NCBI GenBank assembly: GCA_041665325.1
Contig: JBAYJB010000001.1
Coordinates: 162,817 to 226,816, forward strand
Source of the DNA: Minisyncoccota bacterium
GTDB lineage: Bacteria > Patescibacteriota > Minisyncoccia > Phycocordibacterales > PALSA-1337
Reading direction: 5' to 3'
Length of the DNA stretch: 64,000 nucleotides
This document shows positions 39,698-48,088 of this stretch, one piece after another (within the stretch, counting starts at the first letter, position 1; each line of letters starts with the position of its first letter). The notes under the pieces were generated by a model. The model was not told the DNA's origin. It made no database searches and saw only the letters and a program-made list of their open reading frames with translations. Made by a program: the position numbers and the translations under genes.

Positions 39698-41074
39698 TTA
39701 CCCCACCTGCCCCGCCCCTTTTTCATATTGCACCAGTGGCAATTCATTCCAGCCCTTCATCACCGCGGTGATGAACTTCCAAGAAGCCAAGATCTCCTTG
39801 GTCGAGGAGAAGAGTGTCTGGTCACCTATAAAGGCGTCGTGAAGCAAGCGCTCATAATCATTTGGGATGTCCTGCCAGACAGTAGACGCCTGATCAGCGT
39901 ATTTGAACTTGAGCGTCTTGGGCTCGATCCGGAACTCATACCCCGGCGTCTTGACGAAGAACTTGATCTTGATGCCCTCGTCCGGCTGGATGCGGAAAGT
40001 CAGGATATTCTGCTCGTTCTCATTTTTACCACCCTTGAAGTAGACATCGATCTCGGTCTTGGACTCGGCCAATGCCTTGCCGGATTCGAGATAGATCGGC
40101 ACCTTCTTCCAGCGCGACGAATTGACGAAGGCCTTGAGGCGGAAGTAAGTCTCGGTCACGGACTTGGCCGGCACGCCCGGCTCGGATGTGTAACCCTTGT
40201 ATTGCCCCCTGATAGCACGGACCTTGGCAGCCTCATTGGAAACTATCAGTTTGGAGAGTACCTTGGTGCGCTCCTCGCGGATGAGGGGAGCCGTGAATGA
40301 CTTGGGGCGATCCATAGCCACCGCCGCGAGCATCATGAGCATGTGGTTCTGACCGACATCCTTGAGGGCGCCCAGCGGGTCGTAGCTATCGCCTCGCTCG
40401 CCGACGCCGCCGGCCTCGAAGAGCTTGATATGGATCTTGTCGATGAATTCTCGGCGCCAGATCGGCTCGAAGAGCGAGTTGCTGAAACGGAAAGCCAGAA
40501 TATTCTGCAATGACTCCTTGGCCAGGTAGTGGTCGATGCGGAAGATCTGCTCTTCCCTGAAGAGCTTGCCGAGGAGCTTGTCGAGGGCTTTGGCATTCTC
40601 GAGATCGCGGCCAAAGGGCTTCTCGATCAGGATGCGCGTCCAGCCGGTCTCATCGGCGCAGGGCTTGGTCAGGCCGGAGCCGGAGAGATTGCCCAAGATG
40701 CCCTCATAGAGAGACGGCGGCACCGACAGATGGAAGAGCTTGTTGGAACATTGGCCCCAACGGGCATCGATCTCCTTGATATGCGCCGCCAGGCGGTCAT
40801 AAGCCCCCTTCTCATCGAATAACCCCTGCTCGTACGAGATGTGGTCGAGGAAATGCTTGATGTCCTCCTCCTTGAATTCGCCCGGACGAACATTGAGGCG
40901 GCCCCTGATGAGGTCGCGAAATTCTTCCCGCGAAAAGGGGCGACGGGAAAAGCCGATGATATTGAAACGGGCCGGCAGGAGCTTCTTGCTATACAGGCTC
41001 AAGAGGGCCGGCAGGAGCTTGCGGGCGGCGAGATCGCCCGTGACGCCGAAGATGACGAAGATGGTCGGATACAT
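39698..41074 (-). CDS. zwf: glucose-6-phosphate dehydrogenase
   Basis: FGVTGDLA.RKL.P, EKPFG, RIDHYL.KE, QNH, YERLL.DA..GD. Confidence 0.95.
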   Translation of the reverse strand: MYPTIFVIFGVTGDLAARKLLPALLSLYSKKLLPARFNIIGFSRRPFSREEFRDLIRGRLNVRPGEFKEEDIKHFLDHISYEQGLFDEKGAYDRLAAHIKEIDARWGQCSNKLFHLSVPPSLYEGILGNLSGSGLTKPCADETGWTRILIEKPFGRDLENAKALDKLLGKLFREEQIFRIDHYLAKESLQNILAFRFSNSLFEPIWRREFIDKIHIKLFEAGGVGERGDSYDPLGALKDVGQNHMLMMLAAVAMDRPKSFTAPLIREERTKVLSKLIVSNEAAKVRAIRGQYKGYTSEPGVPAKSVTETYFRLKAFVNSSRWKKVPIYLESGKALAESKTEIDVYFKGGKNENEQNILTFRIQPDEGIKIKFFVKTPGYEFRIEPKTLKFKYADQASTVWQDIPNDYERLLHDAFIGDQTLFSSTKEILASWKFITAVMKGWNELPLVQYEKGAGQVG

Positions 41075-41093
41075 TGTTGGTTATTGTACTACA

Positions 41094-41219
41094 TCAGAAG
41101 TCCTCCCCCCACTCCACCCAGACAGGATATATAGTACCGGCCACAAAGACGCATGGCAGGATGATGATAGCCAGGAGGCCCCAGATGACGAACTTGATGG
41201 CTTTGAAGAAGAAGTCCAT
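41094..41219 (-). CDS. 41-aa membrane peptide
   Basis: MDFFFKAIKFVIWGLLAIIILPCVFVAGTIYPVWVEWGEDF. Confidence 0.55.
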   Translation of the reverse strand: MDFFFKAIKFVIWGLLAIIILPCVFVAGTIYPVWVEWGEDF

Positions 41220-41334
41220 AGAAGCGATATCGTATCGCAGAATGGCGACGATAAGCAAGCGAAGTCGATAACGGATATATAAAAAGGCCCGGGAGGTTTG
41301 CACCACCCGGGACCTGGAAAGATCGTCGCGTCGC

Positions 41335-41883
41335 TTAGCTCGACAAGAGCCGGTAGAGGAAGAAGGGCATGAATTTCATGGCCGCTTCCCTGCTCCACCA
41401 TTTTCCCCACGAGCGCGTGCGAGTCTGCCTTGAATCCGCGCAGAACCAATACTCCAGAGGGACCTTGTTCACTGCGCGGGAATAGGTGACCTCGATGTCC
41501 GCACCGACTTCGCGGATCGTCGCCGTCAGATCCCTCATACAACGCCGGAGATGGGGCTTCGCCGCCACGACGATGATCCTGTTCACGCCTTGACGTATGG
41601 CCCACCTCACGGCACCCCGTGCCACCTGTAAGGTGGTTGGAGTGTGTCGGGAAGATTCGCTCAGATATTCCACAGGAATATCGAGCTGACCAATCGACTC
41701 GATGCGCACATTTGCTTGAGTGAAGACCGGCAGGAGCCTATGATCAGGCTGACCGAGATGTCTAGACGCATCACGAGCGATCTCGGCAATGAACATGTTG
41801 GGAGGGATGGTTGAGGGCGTGCCGAAAGCAAACGCCACTACACCACTGACAAGCGGAGCTACTTTAGCTGATTGAGTTTTCAA
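41335..41883 (-). CDS. YdcF/DUF218-like hypothetical protein (solo cassette)
   Basis: TT.Q.A....W....G..RIIVVA..PHLRR; promoter TTTACA-N17-TATATT at 41966-41938; terminator 41281-41314. Confidence 0.6.
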   Translation of the reverse strand: MKTQSAKVAPLVSGVVAFAFGTPSTIPPNMFIAEIARDASRHLGQPDHRLLPVFTQANVRIESIGQLDIPVEYLSESSRHTPTTLQVARGAVRWAIRQGVNRIIVVAAKPHLRRCMRDLTATIREVGADIEVTYSRAVNKVPLEYWFCADSRQTRTRSWGKWWSREAAMKFMPFFLYRLLSS

Positions 41884-41985
41884 ATATCACCTATGGGTTG
41901 AATTTTCGTCTTAAAATAGTTTGGATTGCCAGAAATGAATATACCACACTTGATAGTATATGTAAATAGTTATTGCCTTATGCTC

Positions 41986-42062
41986 TGGTGCACCCTGCAG
42001 GGCTCGAACCTGCGACCTCGCCCGTGTGAAGGGCGCGCTCTAGCCAACTGAGCTAAGGGTGC
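41986..42062 (-). tRNA. tRNA-Val(CAC)
   Basis: Cloverleaf; anticodon arm CGCCC-TTCACAC-GGGCG; GGTTCGAG T-loop; encoded CCA. Confidence 0.95.
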
Positions 42063-42093
42063 ATGAATCTAAAAAAATTTGGGAATTTTCAAA

Positions 42094-42167
42094 TGGTCGG
42101 GCTGCCGGGAATCGAACCCGGACCGCATCCACCCCATGGATGTATACTACCACTATACTACAGCCCG
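42094..42167 (-). tRNA. tRNA-Pro(GGG)
   Basis: CATCC-ATGGGGT-GGATG; GTTCGATTC; encoded CCA. Confidence 0.93.
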
Positions 42168-42253
42168 ATCGGCGCGCCGGAGACAAAGCGGCCTGCGTAG
42201 CTTACTTTATTTTTGAGATTTCCTCAAATTGTGCTACATTATCACGGTTCGAG

Positions 42254-42346
42254 TAGGGCCTATACTCGCTTCGCTCGTTGAGGCCCGTCGCTCGGACGCT
42301 GTGAATGATGAGAACATCATTCACACGATCCTCGCTAGGGCCTATA
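42254..42346 (+). mobile_element. putative micro-insertion element copy A with 11-bp flanking direct repeat
   Basis: TAGGGCCTATA at 42254-42264 and 42336-42346; core shared with 47996-48079. Confidence 0.65.
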
Positions 42347-42408
42347 GTAAAATGGTATTACGCGTCCATGGCATGGACGAAGCCCGGGTTCGATTCCCGG
42401 TAGGTCCA
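42338..42408 (+). tRNA. tRNA-Ala(GGC)
   Basis: CGTCC-ATGGCAT-GGACG; G3:U70 pair; no encoded CCA. Confidence 0.93.
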
Positions 42409-42445
42409 CTCAAAGAAACATTATTTTCTATATTCCGAATAAATT

Positions 42446-43870
42446 TTAATTGCTTTTTAAGATAAATCGAATCGAGAATTCGTCGCTCTTTCTAAGTAAT
42501 TTTTCCCCTTGTAATTGTAATTCGGTTACATAATTTGATGAAGAAACCAAACCATCTTTGAAAACCTTAAATCCTAAAACATGGCACTTTGCCTCAGACA
42601 TTGATCGTTTTATTTTATTCTCTAGAGAAAAAGAAGCCATACCAAACGCATCAGTAGATAGACTTTTTATAAGTGAAGGCTGTTGGTGCAAACCCTGATA
42701 ACGCGGGTCTTCAGCCTGAATACAGAAAACATCGATCTTTGACGAAATAATCGCTCTTGAAAGCGAGTCGTTGACTTTTACAGTAATTTTGGAAGGATAG
42801 AGTTGGTTCATATCAGAAATTCCCCTACTCCTAAATCGCATGTCAGAATGATAAAGGTTCTCGTTGATAATATAAATTGAAAGAGGACCAAAAGCCGCTT
42901 TTCGGAAACCATCTTGATAAGTAAGCATTATATCCCTTAGATATTCTTCCGACAAAGAAACGACAGGAATTTTGGGAGAGATGTTGGAATTGTCAATGGC
43001 ATTTGGATAAACATAGTATTCGGGAATGGCAACTCCGTAAGTATGTGCAACCTCATGTGAAAGAGTTTGTACTAGTAATGAATAAAAACCAGAATTAGGG
43101 CTTAGATCATTGCTCGAGTCAGCTAAATGAAGTGACTCATTTCCTAGAAATATTGTTGGTGGGGCACCTTGGACTGTATAGGCACTTGTGATTGCTCCAG
43201 GAATGCCATATACGACCAATGCACCAGGGGTGTAATATTGTGAGTCGGCAATTATATTTGCACATCCATTTACACAAGTATCTGGATTATATGTTTTTAG
43301 ACCAGCAAAAGAAAAAATTTTCTTCGTACCTGAATAAACAAAATTGATCCCATCAACAAAAGAAGAAAGGACTTGTGATAAATCCTTTCGAGTCTCTAGA
43401 TATTTATCAGGCATTACAAAAAGAATTTTCTCGGATTTTGTTTCTACAAAATCTGCAGTAATCCGTGTTCCTGAAACTTTATCTATACCATCTAAATCAA
43501 AAGAGCTCCCGTAAATAGGGATCACTCTATACTCGTATGTGACACCACGCTCCACATCATAATCAATAGCAAAATCACCTCCCGCATTAGAAACGGTTGG
43601 TATATTTTTAAAGGAAGAAAGACTATTACCTTCAACATTTGCTCGAGCGAGCGCATAACTTGAAGGCTTTGGAGTTACAGGATTCCACTCAATATATATC
43701 GCACTACCTAGACCGTTATTCTTAGCAGTAATAGTCAACTGTGCGGGCTGGCAAGATGTACCCCTACATTCATTCCCGTTTTTGTTAAAACTAAATGGCA
43801 GAAGACCTGAAAAAAGAAGAACAAAAAACAATAGGCCAGCCCCGATAACGTAAATATATTCTTTTTTCAT
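42446..43870 (-). CDS. AT-rich exported protein with Fn3-like and zinc-metallopeptidase regions
   Basis: N-terminal TM; W..V...SY...G.TYEYRV (Fn3-like); HEVAHTYG and downstream DIM. Confidence 0.65.
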   Translation of the reverse strand: MKKEYIYVIGAGLLFFVLLFSGLLPFSFNKNGNECRGTSCQPAQLTITAKNNGLGSAIYIEWNPVTPKPSSYALARANVEGNSLSSFKNIPTVSNAGGDFAIDYDVERGVTYEYRVIPIYGSSFDLDGIDKVSGTRITADFVETKSEKILFVMPDKYLETRKDLSQVLSSFVDGINFVYSGTKKIFSFAGLKTYNPDTCVNGCANIIADSQYYTPGALVVYGIPGAITSAYTVQGAPPTIFLGNESLHLADSSNDLSPNSGFYSLLVQTLSHEVAHTYGVAIPEYYVYPNAIDNSNISPKIPVVSLSEEYLRDIMLTYQDGFRKAAFGPLSIYIINENLYHSDMRFRSRGISDMNQLYPSKITVKVNDSLSRAIISSKIDVFCIQAEDPRYQGLHQQPSLIKSLSTDAFGMASFSLENKIKRSMSEAKCHVLGFKVFKDGLVSSSNYVTELQLQGEKLLRKSDEFSIRFILKSN

Positions 43871-43927
43871 ATAATGGCACTATTATACAACTCTTTAAAG
43901 CAAATGATATAATGACACCATAAAACA

Positions 43928-44515
43928 ATGATGACTGATTTCATCTTGGGAGCGACGGCCGCGGTCATAGCTTACGAGCTGTATTTATATCAGGGGGCTT
44001 CATCATCCATATCGATTTGGGGCGCGACTTTTGTCTTGATCTCATTGTCAGCGTTGTTGGGGGGTATCTATCACGGCGCACGGCATATCGCCGGAGAAAG
44101 ATTCAACCGCTACACATGGAAGGCAGTCCTCTACGCCTTAGCCGGAGCGAGCTTCCTGTTCCTGTGCGCCGCATCATTCACTGTTCCGGTTGCTACTGTG
44201 AAAATTGCTCTCATCATCTTCGCGGCCATCAAATTGCTCATCTCCATCGGAGCGATCTATTCTTCCGACAGATTCCGTATGGTGATGTATGACTATCTGA
44301 TCTCTATGGTGATAACGGCTGTGCTCTATAGCCTATTTATGCCGCCACATGCGACGCTCTGGTTCGCCACTGGGATGATCATGTCTCTCATCGCATCGGC
44401 GATCCAACTCCGGAAGATCGCCCCCAAGCGCTATCTCGATCACAATGACATATATCACCTTCTCCAAGCCCTGGCGCTCATCATGATGTACAAGGGCATC
44501 ATAGCCGCGCTCTGA
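43928..44515 (+). CDS. multi-TM protein, DUF6962/CREST-like
   Basis: TD..L, S..LGG..HG and HNDIYH motifs in about 7 TM helices. Confidence 0.65.
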   Translation: MMTDFILGATAAVIAYELYLYQGASSSISIWGATFVLISLSALLGGIYHGARHIAGERFNRYTWKAVLYALAGASFLFLCAASFTVPVATVKIALIIFAAIKLLISIGAIYSSDRFRMVMYDYLISMVITAVLYSLFMPPHATLWFATGMIMSLIASAIQLRKIAPKRYLDHNDIYHLLQALALIMMYKGIIAAL

Positions 44516-44577
44516 AAACAAAAGGCCGCCTTCCCTCTTTTGAGAGTCGGCGGCGGAATGATAACTTCGGGTGTGAT

Positions 44578-45510
44578 CTAAGCCTTGATGAGCTTGGCTT
44601 CGATCTGCGCCGGAGTGGGCACTCTGACGTCCCACACTGAACCGAACATCTGGTGCAACTTGATGACCAGATAGCTGGCATCGCTCCAACGGTGCAGGAT
44701 GGCATGGACAGCCGACCACGCAAAGGCATGATGGCCGTTGTGAGCCCCCTCACCAAGAGTGATGAGCATGACGAACCAGTTATCCCTCGACTCATCCGGG
44801 CTCTTGAAGGTCTTCTTGCCCCAGATGTGGCAGATGCTATTGACCGACCACGTGTTGTGCTGGACAAAGAACAGGCTGATGAGCCCTCCCCACAGGAAAC
44901 CGCGCCAGACGCCCAACAGAGACGATTCGTGAATGAAACCGAGCAGTGCCGGCAGGATCCCGCTTAGGACCATCCACAATACGGTGTGCCGATCGACGAA
45001 GCAGATCACCTCGTCTTTGCGGAGCCGTTCGGTACAGCCATTCTCTATAACCTGGTTCCTTGAGAACAGCCAGACGAAATGGGCGTGCCAGAATCCCTTG
45101 AAGAGAGCCAGGGGGCTCGTACCGAACATCCAGGGAGAGTGCGGGTCACCTTCAGCATCGCTGCACTGATGATGCTTGCTGTGCTTCGAGCACCAAGCAA
45201 GCGGAGTGCCCTGATACGCAGCTGAGCCGCAGGCGCCCCAGAAGATCTTGAAGGCCTTGCTGGCCTTGAACGATTCGTGGGTGAAAAGCCTATGGAAAGC
45301 GATAGTGATGCCGAGCTCTCTGAATATGCAGGAAAGGAAGAGGAGCGATAAGTAGAACAGATCGACCCCCTCTCCCCAGATCTGCCATATCCCATAGATC
45401 ACAGCCAGGAATGGAAAAATAACAAGGGCGAGGACGAATCCCCGCCCGAATCGATCGAGTGGATGATCGATATGTTCTGCTTGTGGCAGAACTAGTTGCG
45501 GAGTATTCAT
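44578..45510 (-). CDS. membrane fatty-acid (delta-9 acyl-CoA-type) desaturase
   Basis: His boxes HRLFTH, HSKHH, HNGHH; D...DPHSP; VNSICH; start 45510 uncertain. Confidence 0.9.
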   Translation of the reverse strand: MNTPQLVLPQAEHIDHPLDRFGRGFVLALVIFPFLAVIYGIWQIWGEGVDLFYLSLLFLSCIFRELGITIAFHRLFTHESFKASKAFKIFWGACGSAAYQGTPLAWCSKHSKHHQCSDAEGDPHSPWMFGTSPLALFKGFWHAHFVWLFSRNQVIENGCTERLRKDEVICFVDRHTVLWMVLSGILPALLGFIHESSLLGVWRGFLWGGLISLFFVQHNTWSVNSICHIWGKKTFKSPDESRDNWFVMLITLGEGAHNGHHAFAWSAVHAILHRWSDASYLVIKLHQMFGSVWDVRVPTPAQIEAKLIKA

Positions 45511-45628
45511 GCGATGAAGGAGGAACTCGAAGGTATTTCGAGGAGCTCTGTGATCATCATAACATTGAAAATTGGATTTGCCCCGTTTGTGGCGGATCGG
45601 CACCGAAATATGCTATCGTAACGGACAT

Positions 45629-45699
45629 CGGGGCGTAGTATAGTGGTAGTATACACGCTTCGGGTGCGTGAGGTCCGAGTTCGATTCTCGGCGCCCCGA
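45629..45699 (+). tRNA. tRNA-Pro(CGG)
   Basis: CACGC-TTCGGGT-GCGTG; GTTCGATTC. Confidence 0.93.
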
Positions 45700-45730
45700 C
45701 AAGTATGGTTTAGTCATTCGCTCCTCGCTA

Positions 45731-45801
45731 GGGCCCGTAGTAAAGTGGTATTACGCGGCATTCGCATTGCCGAAGCGGGAGTCCGATTCTCCCCGGGTCC
45801 A
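45731..45801 (+). tRNA. tRNA-Ala(CGC)
   Basis: CGGCA-TTCGCAT-TGCCG; G3:U70; variant T-loop TCCGATT. Confidence 0.85.
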
Positions 45802-45844
45802 CAAAGTAAAAGGCCGGACTTTGTGGGTCCGGCCTCGAGGGGAT

Positions 45845-46096
45845 TCAGGCTACATGCAGCTCTTTCTCAAGCTGACTCTTGAAGGCTTTAGCTTGGTCCA
45901 TGGCCTTGGCCGATTCCGAGAATTCGACCAGGAGACATTCAAGGACCATCAATTTCTCCCTGTCTTCGATCATATGAAGATCTTGCAGGGACTTTGCCAA
46001 ATTTTCCTCAAGAGTGCCTAGAACTTGCTCTAGGAACTTCATCCTAGATTCCAGATGAGAAAGCCTCTGGATTAAAAGCTTCTTTCTAAGGTTCAT
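45845..46096 (-). CDS. small coiled-coil hypothetical protein
   Basis: Perfect TTGACA-N17-TATAAT at 46133-46105, 8 nt upstream of ATG. Confidence 0.7.
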   Translation of the reverse strand: MNLRKKLLIQRLSHLESRMKFLEQVLGTLEENLAKSLQDLHMIEDREKLMVLECLLVEFSESAKAMDQAKAFKSQLEKELHVA

Positions 46097-46173
46097 ATGA
46101 AGATATTATACTACCTTATAACCTATTTGTCAAGGAGCTGAAAACCTCATTTTGCTGTATCCTTTGTGACACT

Positions 46174-46246
46174 GGGCCTGTAGCTCACCTGGTAGAGCGC
46201 CTCATTTGCAATGAGGAGGTAAGCGGTTCGAGTCCGCTCAGGTCCA
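46174..46246 (+). tRNA. tRNA-Ala(TGC)
   Basis: CCTCA-TTTGCAA-TGAGG; GGTTCGAGT; G3:U70. Confidence 0.95.
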
Positions 46247-46251
46247 CATAC

Positions 46252-46281
46252 AAAAAAAAGCGCGACCGTGGTGGCCGCGCT
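46252..46281 (-). terminator. intrinsic terminator
   Basis: A8-GCGCGACC-GTGGT-GGCCGCGCT. Confidence 0.7.
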
Positions 46282-46300
46282 GAACTGAAAAGAGAAGGAA

Positions 46301-46924
46301 CTAGCGATCGTTGGTGATCCGCCGATAGGCAGGCAATTCGAATTTGACCGGCTTCGCGGGCAGTGATCGCCAGGGAGAAGCCTGCGCTGGGATCCCCGAC
46401 ACCTCCGACGACGGAGCTGAATCCCCCACCATTGCCATCTCCACCAGCGGGCGTTCCGAATCCGGGTCTTCCGGCGGAACTACCGACGGATGAGGCACAC
46501 TGGGCCATTTTTCGTAATCAATACTGCCCAGAATGTCCTGGAGCTGTTTGGCTGTGGGATCACATGATTCACACACCTGCTGTCCCCTGACCTTTCTGCC
46601 TGACTTGGCCAAGGCCGAGAGTAGATGACGCTTTGGGTCCATCGGGCACTTGAACCAATTCCGGCCGAGGCGTGGAACTTGCCACGGCTCAAGGATGATG
46701 TTGTATCGGAGACAAACCCTCCAGAAACCGCCGCAAGATAGGACGAGCAATATCCAACCTGATCGTTCCCCATAGAGGCGAAGGATGAACCACGCGAACA
46801 GAAAAGCGACGACGAGAAGGCAGGAGGTGAAATCACGGAGATCATATTCCTTGAAACCGAGGTAACGCGTCGAGGCATTGATCGCCCACGCCTTGTAAGG
46901 CGCAGATATTTGCGAGAATCTCAT
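46301..46924 (-). CDS. hypothetical membrane protein with Cys pairs and Pro-rich tail (solo cassette)
   Basis: Two TMs, CP..P.RH and CESC; upstream TATAAT at 46993-46988; downstream terminator. Confidence 0.6.
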   Translation of the reverse strand: MRFSQISAPYKAWAINASTRYLGFKEYDLRDFTSCLLVVAFLFAWFILRLYGERSGWILLVLSCGGFWRVCLRYNIILEPWQVPRLGRNWFKCPMDPKRHLLSALAKSGRKVRGQQVCESCDPTAKQLQDILGSIDYEKWPSVPHPSVVPPEDPDSERPLVEMAMVGDSAPSSEVSGIPAQASPWRSLPAKPVKFELPAYRRITNDR

Positions 46925-47006
46925 TTTTGAAAGATCTAAAGATCGTTGATGGTTGAAGTTGTTCCGTCTTGAAAACGGATTTCATACATTATATCACGAT
47001 GCCCTG

Positions 47007-47987
47007 TTAGTCAATCGCCAAGCGGATGATATGGTCTATGAATTCGTGCAGGTCGCTCCCCACGGCGCGCAGAGCCTTGGGCAGGAGGGATTCTTCGGTC
47101 AGACCGGGCAAGGTGTTGGTCTCCAGGACATATATGCCGCGGCGTGGATGGATGATGAAGTCCGTGCGTGAATAGTGCTTGAGCCCTAGGAGGCGATGGA
47201 CATTCTTGGCCAGCTCCTCTAGCTCATGCTTGATCTCGGCACTGAAGGTAGCCGGCACGATCTCTTCCGACTCCCCTTGGTATTTGGCGGCATAATCAAA
47301 AAAAGGATTCTTGGTACGGATCTCGATGGGCGGTAGAGCATAGAGCTCCTGCCCGCGGAATCCTTCGATCACACCGCAGGTGGCTTCTACGCCGGGGATG
47401 AATTCTTCGATCAAGATCGAATGCCCATGTTTAGCGGCTTCTTCTAGTGCCTTGACCAGGTCGGCGTGAGTCCTCGCTACAGAGACCCCGACGGAAGAAC
47501 CGCTCCCGGCTGGCTTGACGATGGCCGGCATGACGAAGGTCCGGAATAGTTCCATGGCCGCGGCATCAGGATCAATATGGACATCTTCCGAAAAGACTTC
47601 TTTCCAGTACGGGGATCGCACGCCATGCTTCTCTAGAGCTTGCTTGGTCAGGATCTTATTCATGGCCACGGCCGAGGAGAGCGAGCCAGAACCGGTAAAC
47701 GGGATATCGTGAGCTTCGAGGATCGCTTGGATCTTGCCGTCTTCCCCATAAGCACCGTGTAGGGCGTTCAGAGCGATATCGAAATGGTGGTGGGCTTCAG
47801 CCGGCGAAAATTCCCGTCCGTCAATGTGCCATTTGCCGGCGAGATCGATGAGGACATCCCGGGCTTCATAAAGATGGTCGAGCTTCGAGCGCAGAGCAGA
47901 CAAGACAGCGGCGCCGCTCTTCAGGGATACCTCGTATTCGGCGCTTGGACCGCCGCGTAACACTCCTATCCGCTTCTTGTGGTACAT
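47007..47987 (-). CDS. ddl: D-alanine--D-alanine ligase
   Basis: GGPS.E.EVSL.SG, LHG.YGEDG, VKP...GSS.G, FDY.AKY, LETNTLPG. Confidence 0.96.
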   Translation of the reverse strand: MYHKKRIGVLRGGPSAEYEVSLKSGAAVLSALRSKLDHLYEARDVLIDLAGKWHIDGREFSPAEAHHHFDIALNALHGAYGEDGKIQAILEAHDIPFTGSGSLSSAVAMNKILTKQALEKHGVRSPYWKEVFSEDVHIDPDAAAMELFRTFVMPAIVKPAGSGSSVGVSVARTHADLVKALEEAAKHGHSILIEEFIPGVEATCGVIEGFRGQELYALPPIEIRTKNPFFDYAAKYQGESEEIVPATFSAEIKHELEELAKNVHRLLGLKHYSRTDFIIHPRRGIYVLETNTLPGLTEESLLPKALRAVGSDLHEFIDHIIRLAID

Positions 47988-47995
47988 ATGAAGAT

Positions 47996-48079
47996 TATAG
48001 CAACAAGCGAGGACTTGAGACAGCTGGCTGGCTCGTAGTCCGAGCGCCGTTGCTAAATGAGCGAAGCGAATATAGCAAC
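47996..48079 (-). mobile_element. putative micro-insertion element copy B with 9-bp flanking direct repeat
   Basis: TATAGCAAC at 47996-48004 and 48071-48079; core shared with 42254-42346. Confidence 0.65.
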
Positions 48080-48088
48080 TATAACCGT

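Noticed and set aside
39522-39842. 106-aa plus-strand ORF
   Set aside because: Overlaps the zwf 3' end, TTG start, no recognisable motifs; the region is better explained as structured non-coding DNA.
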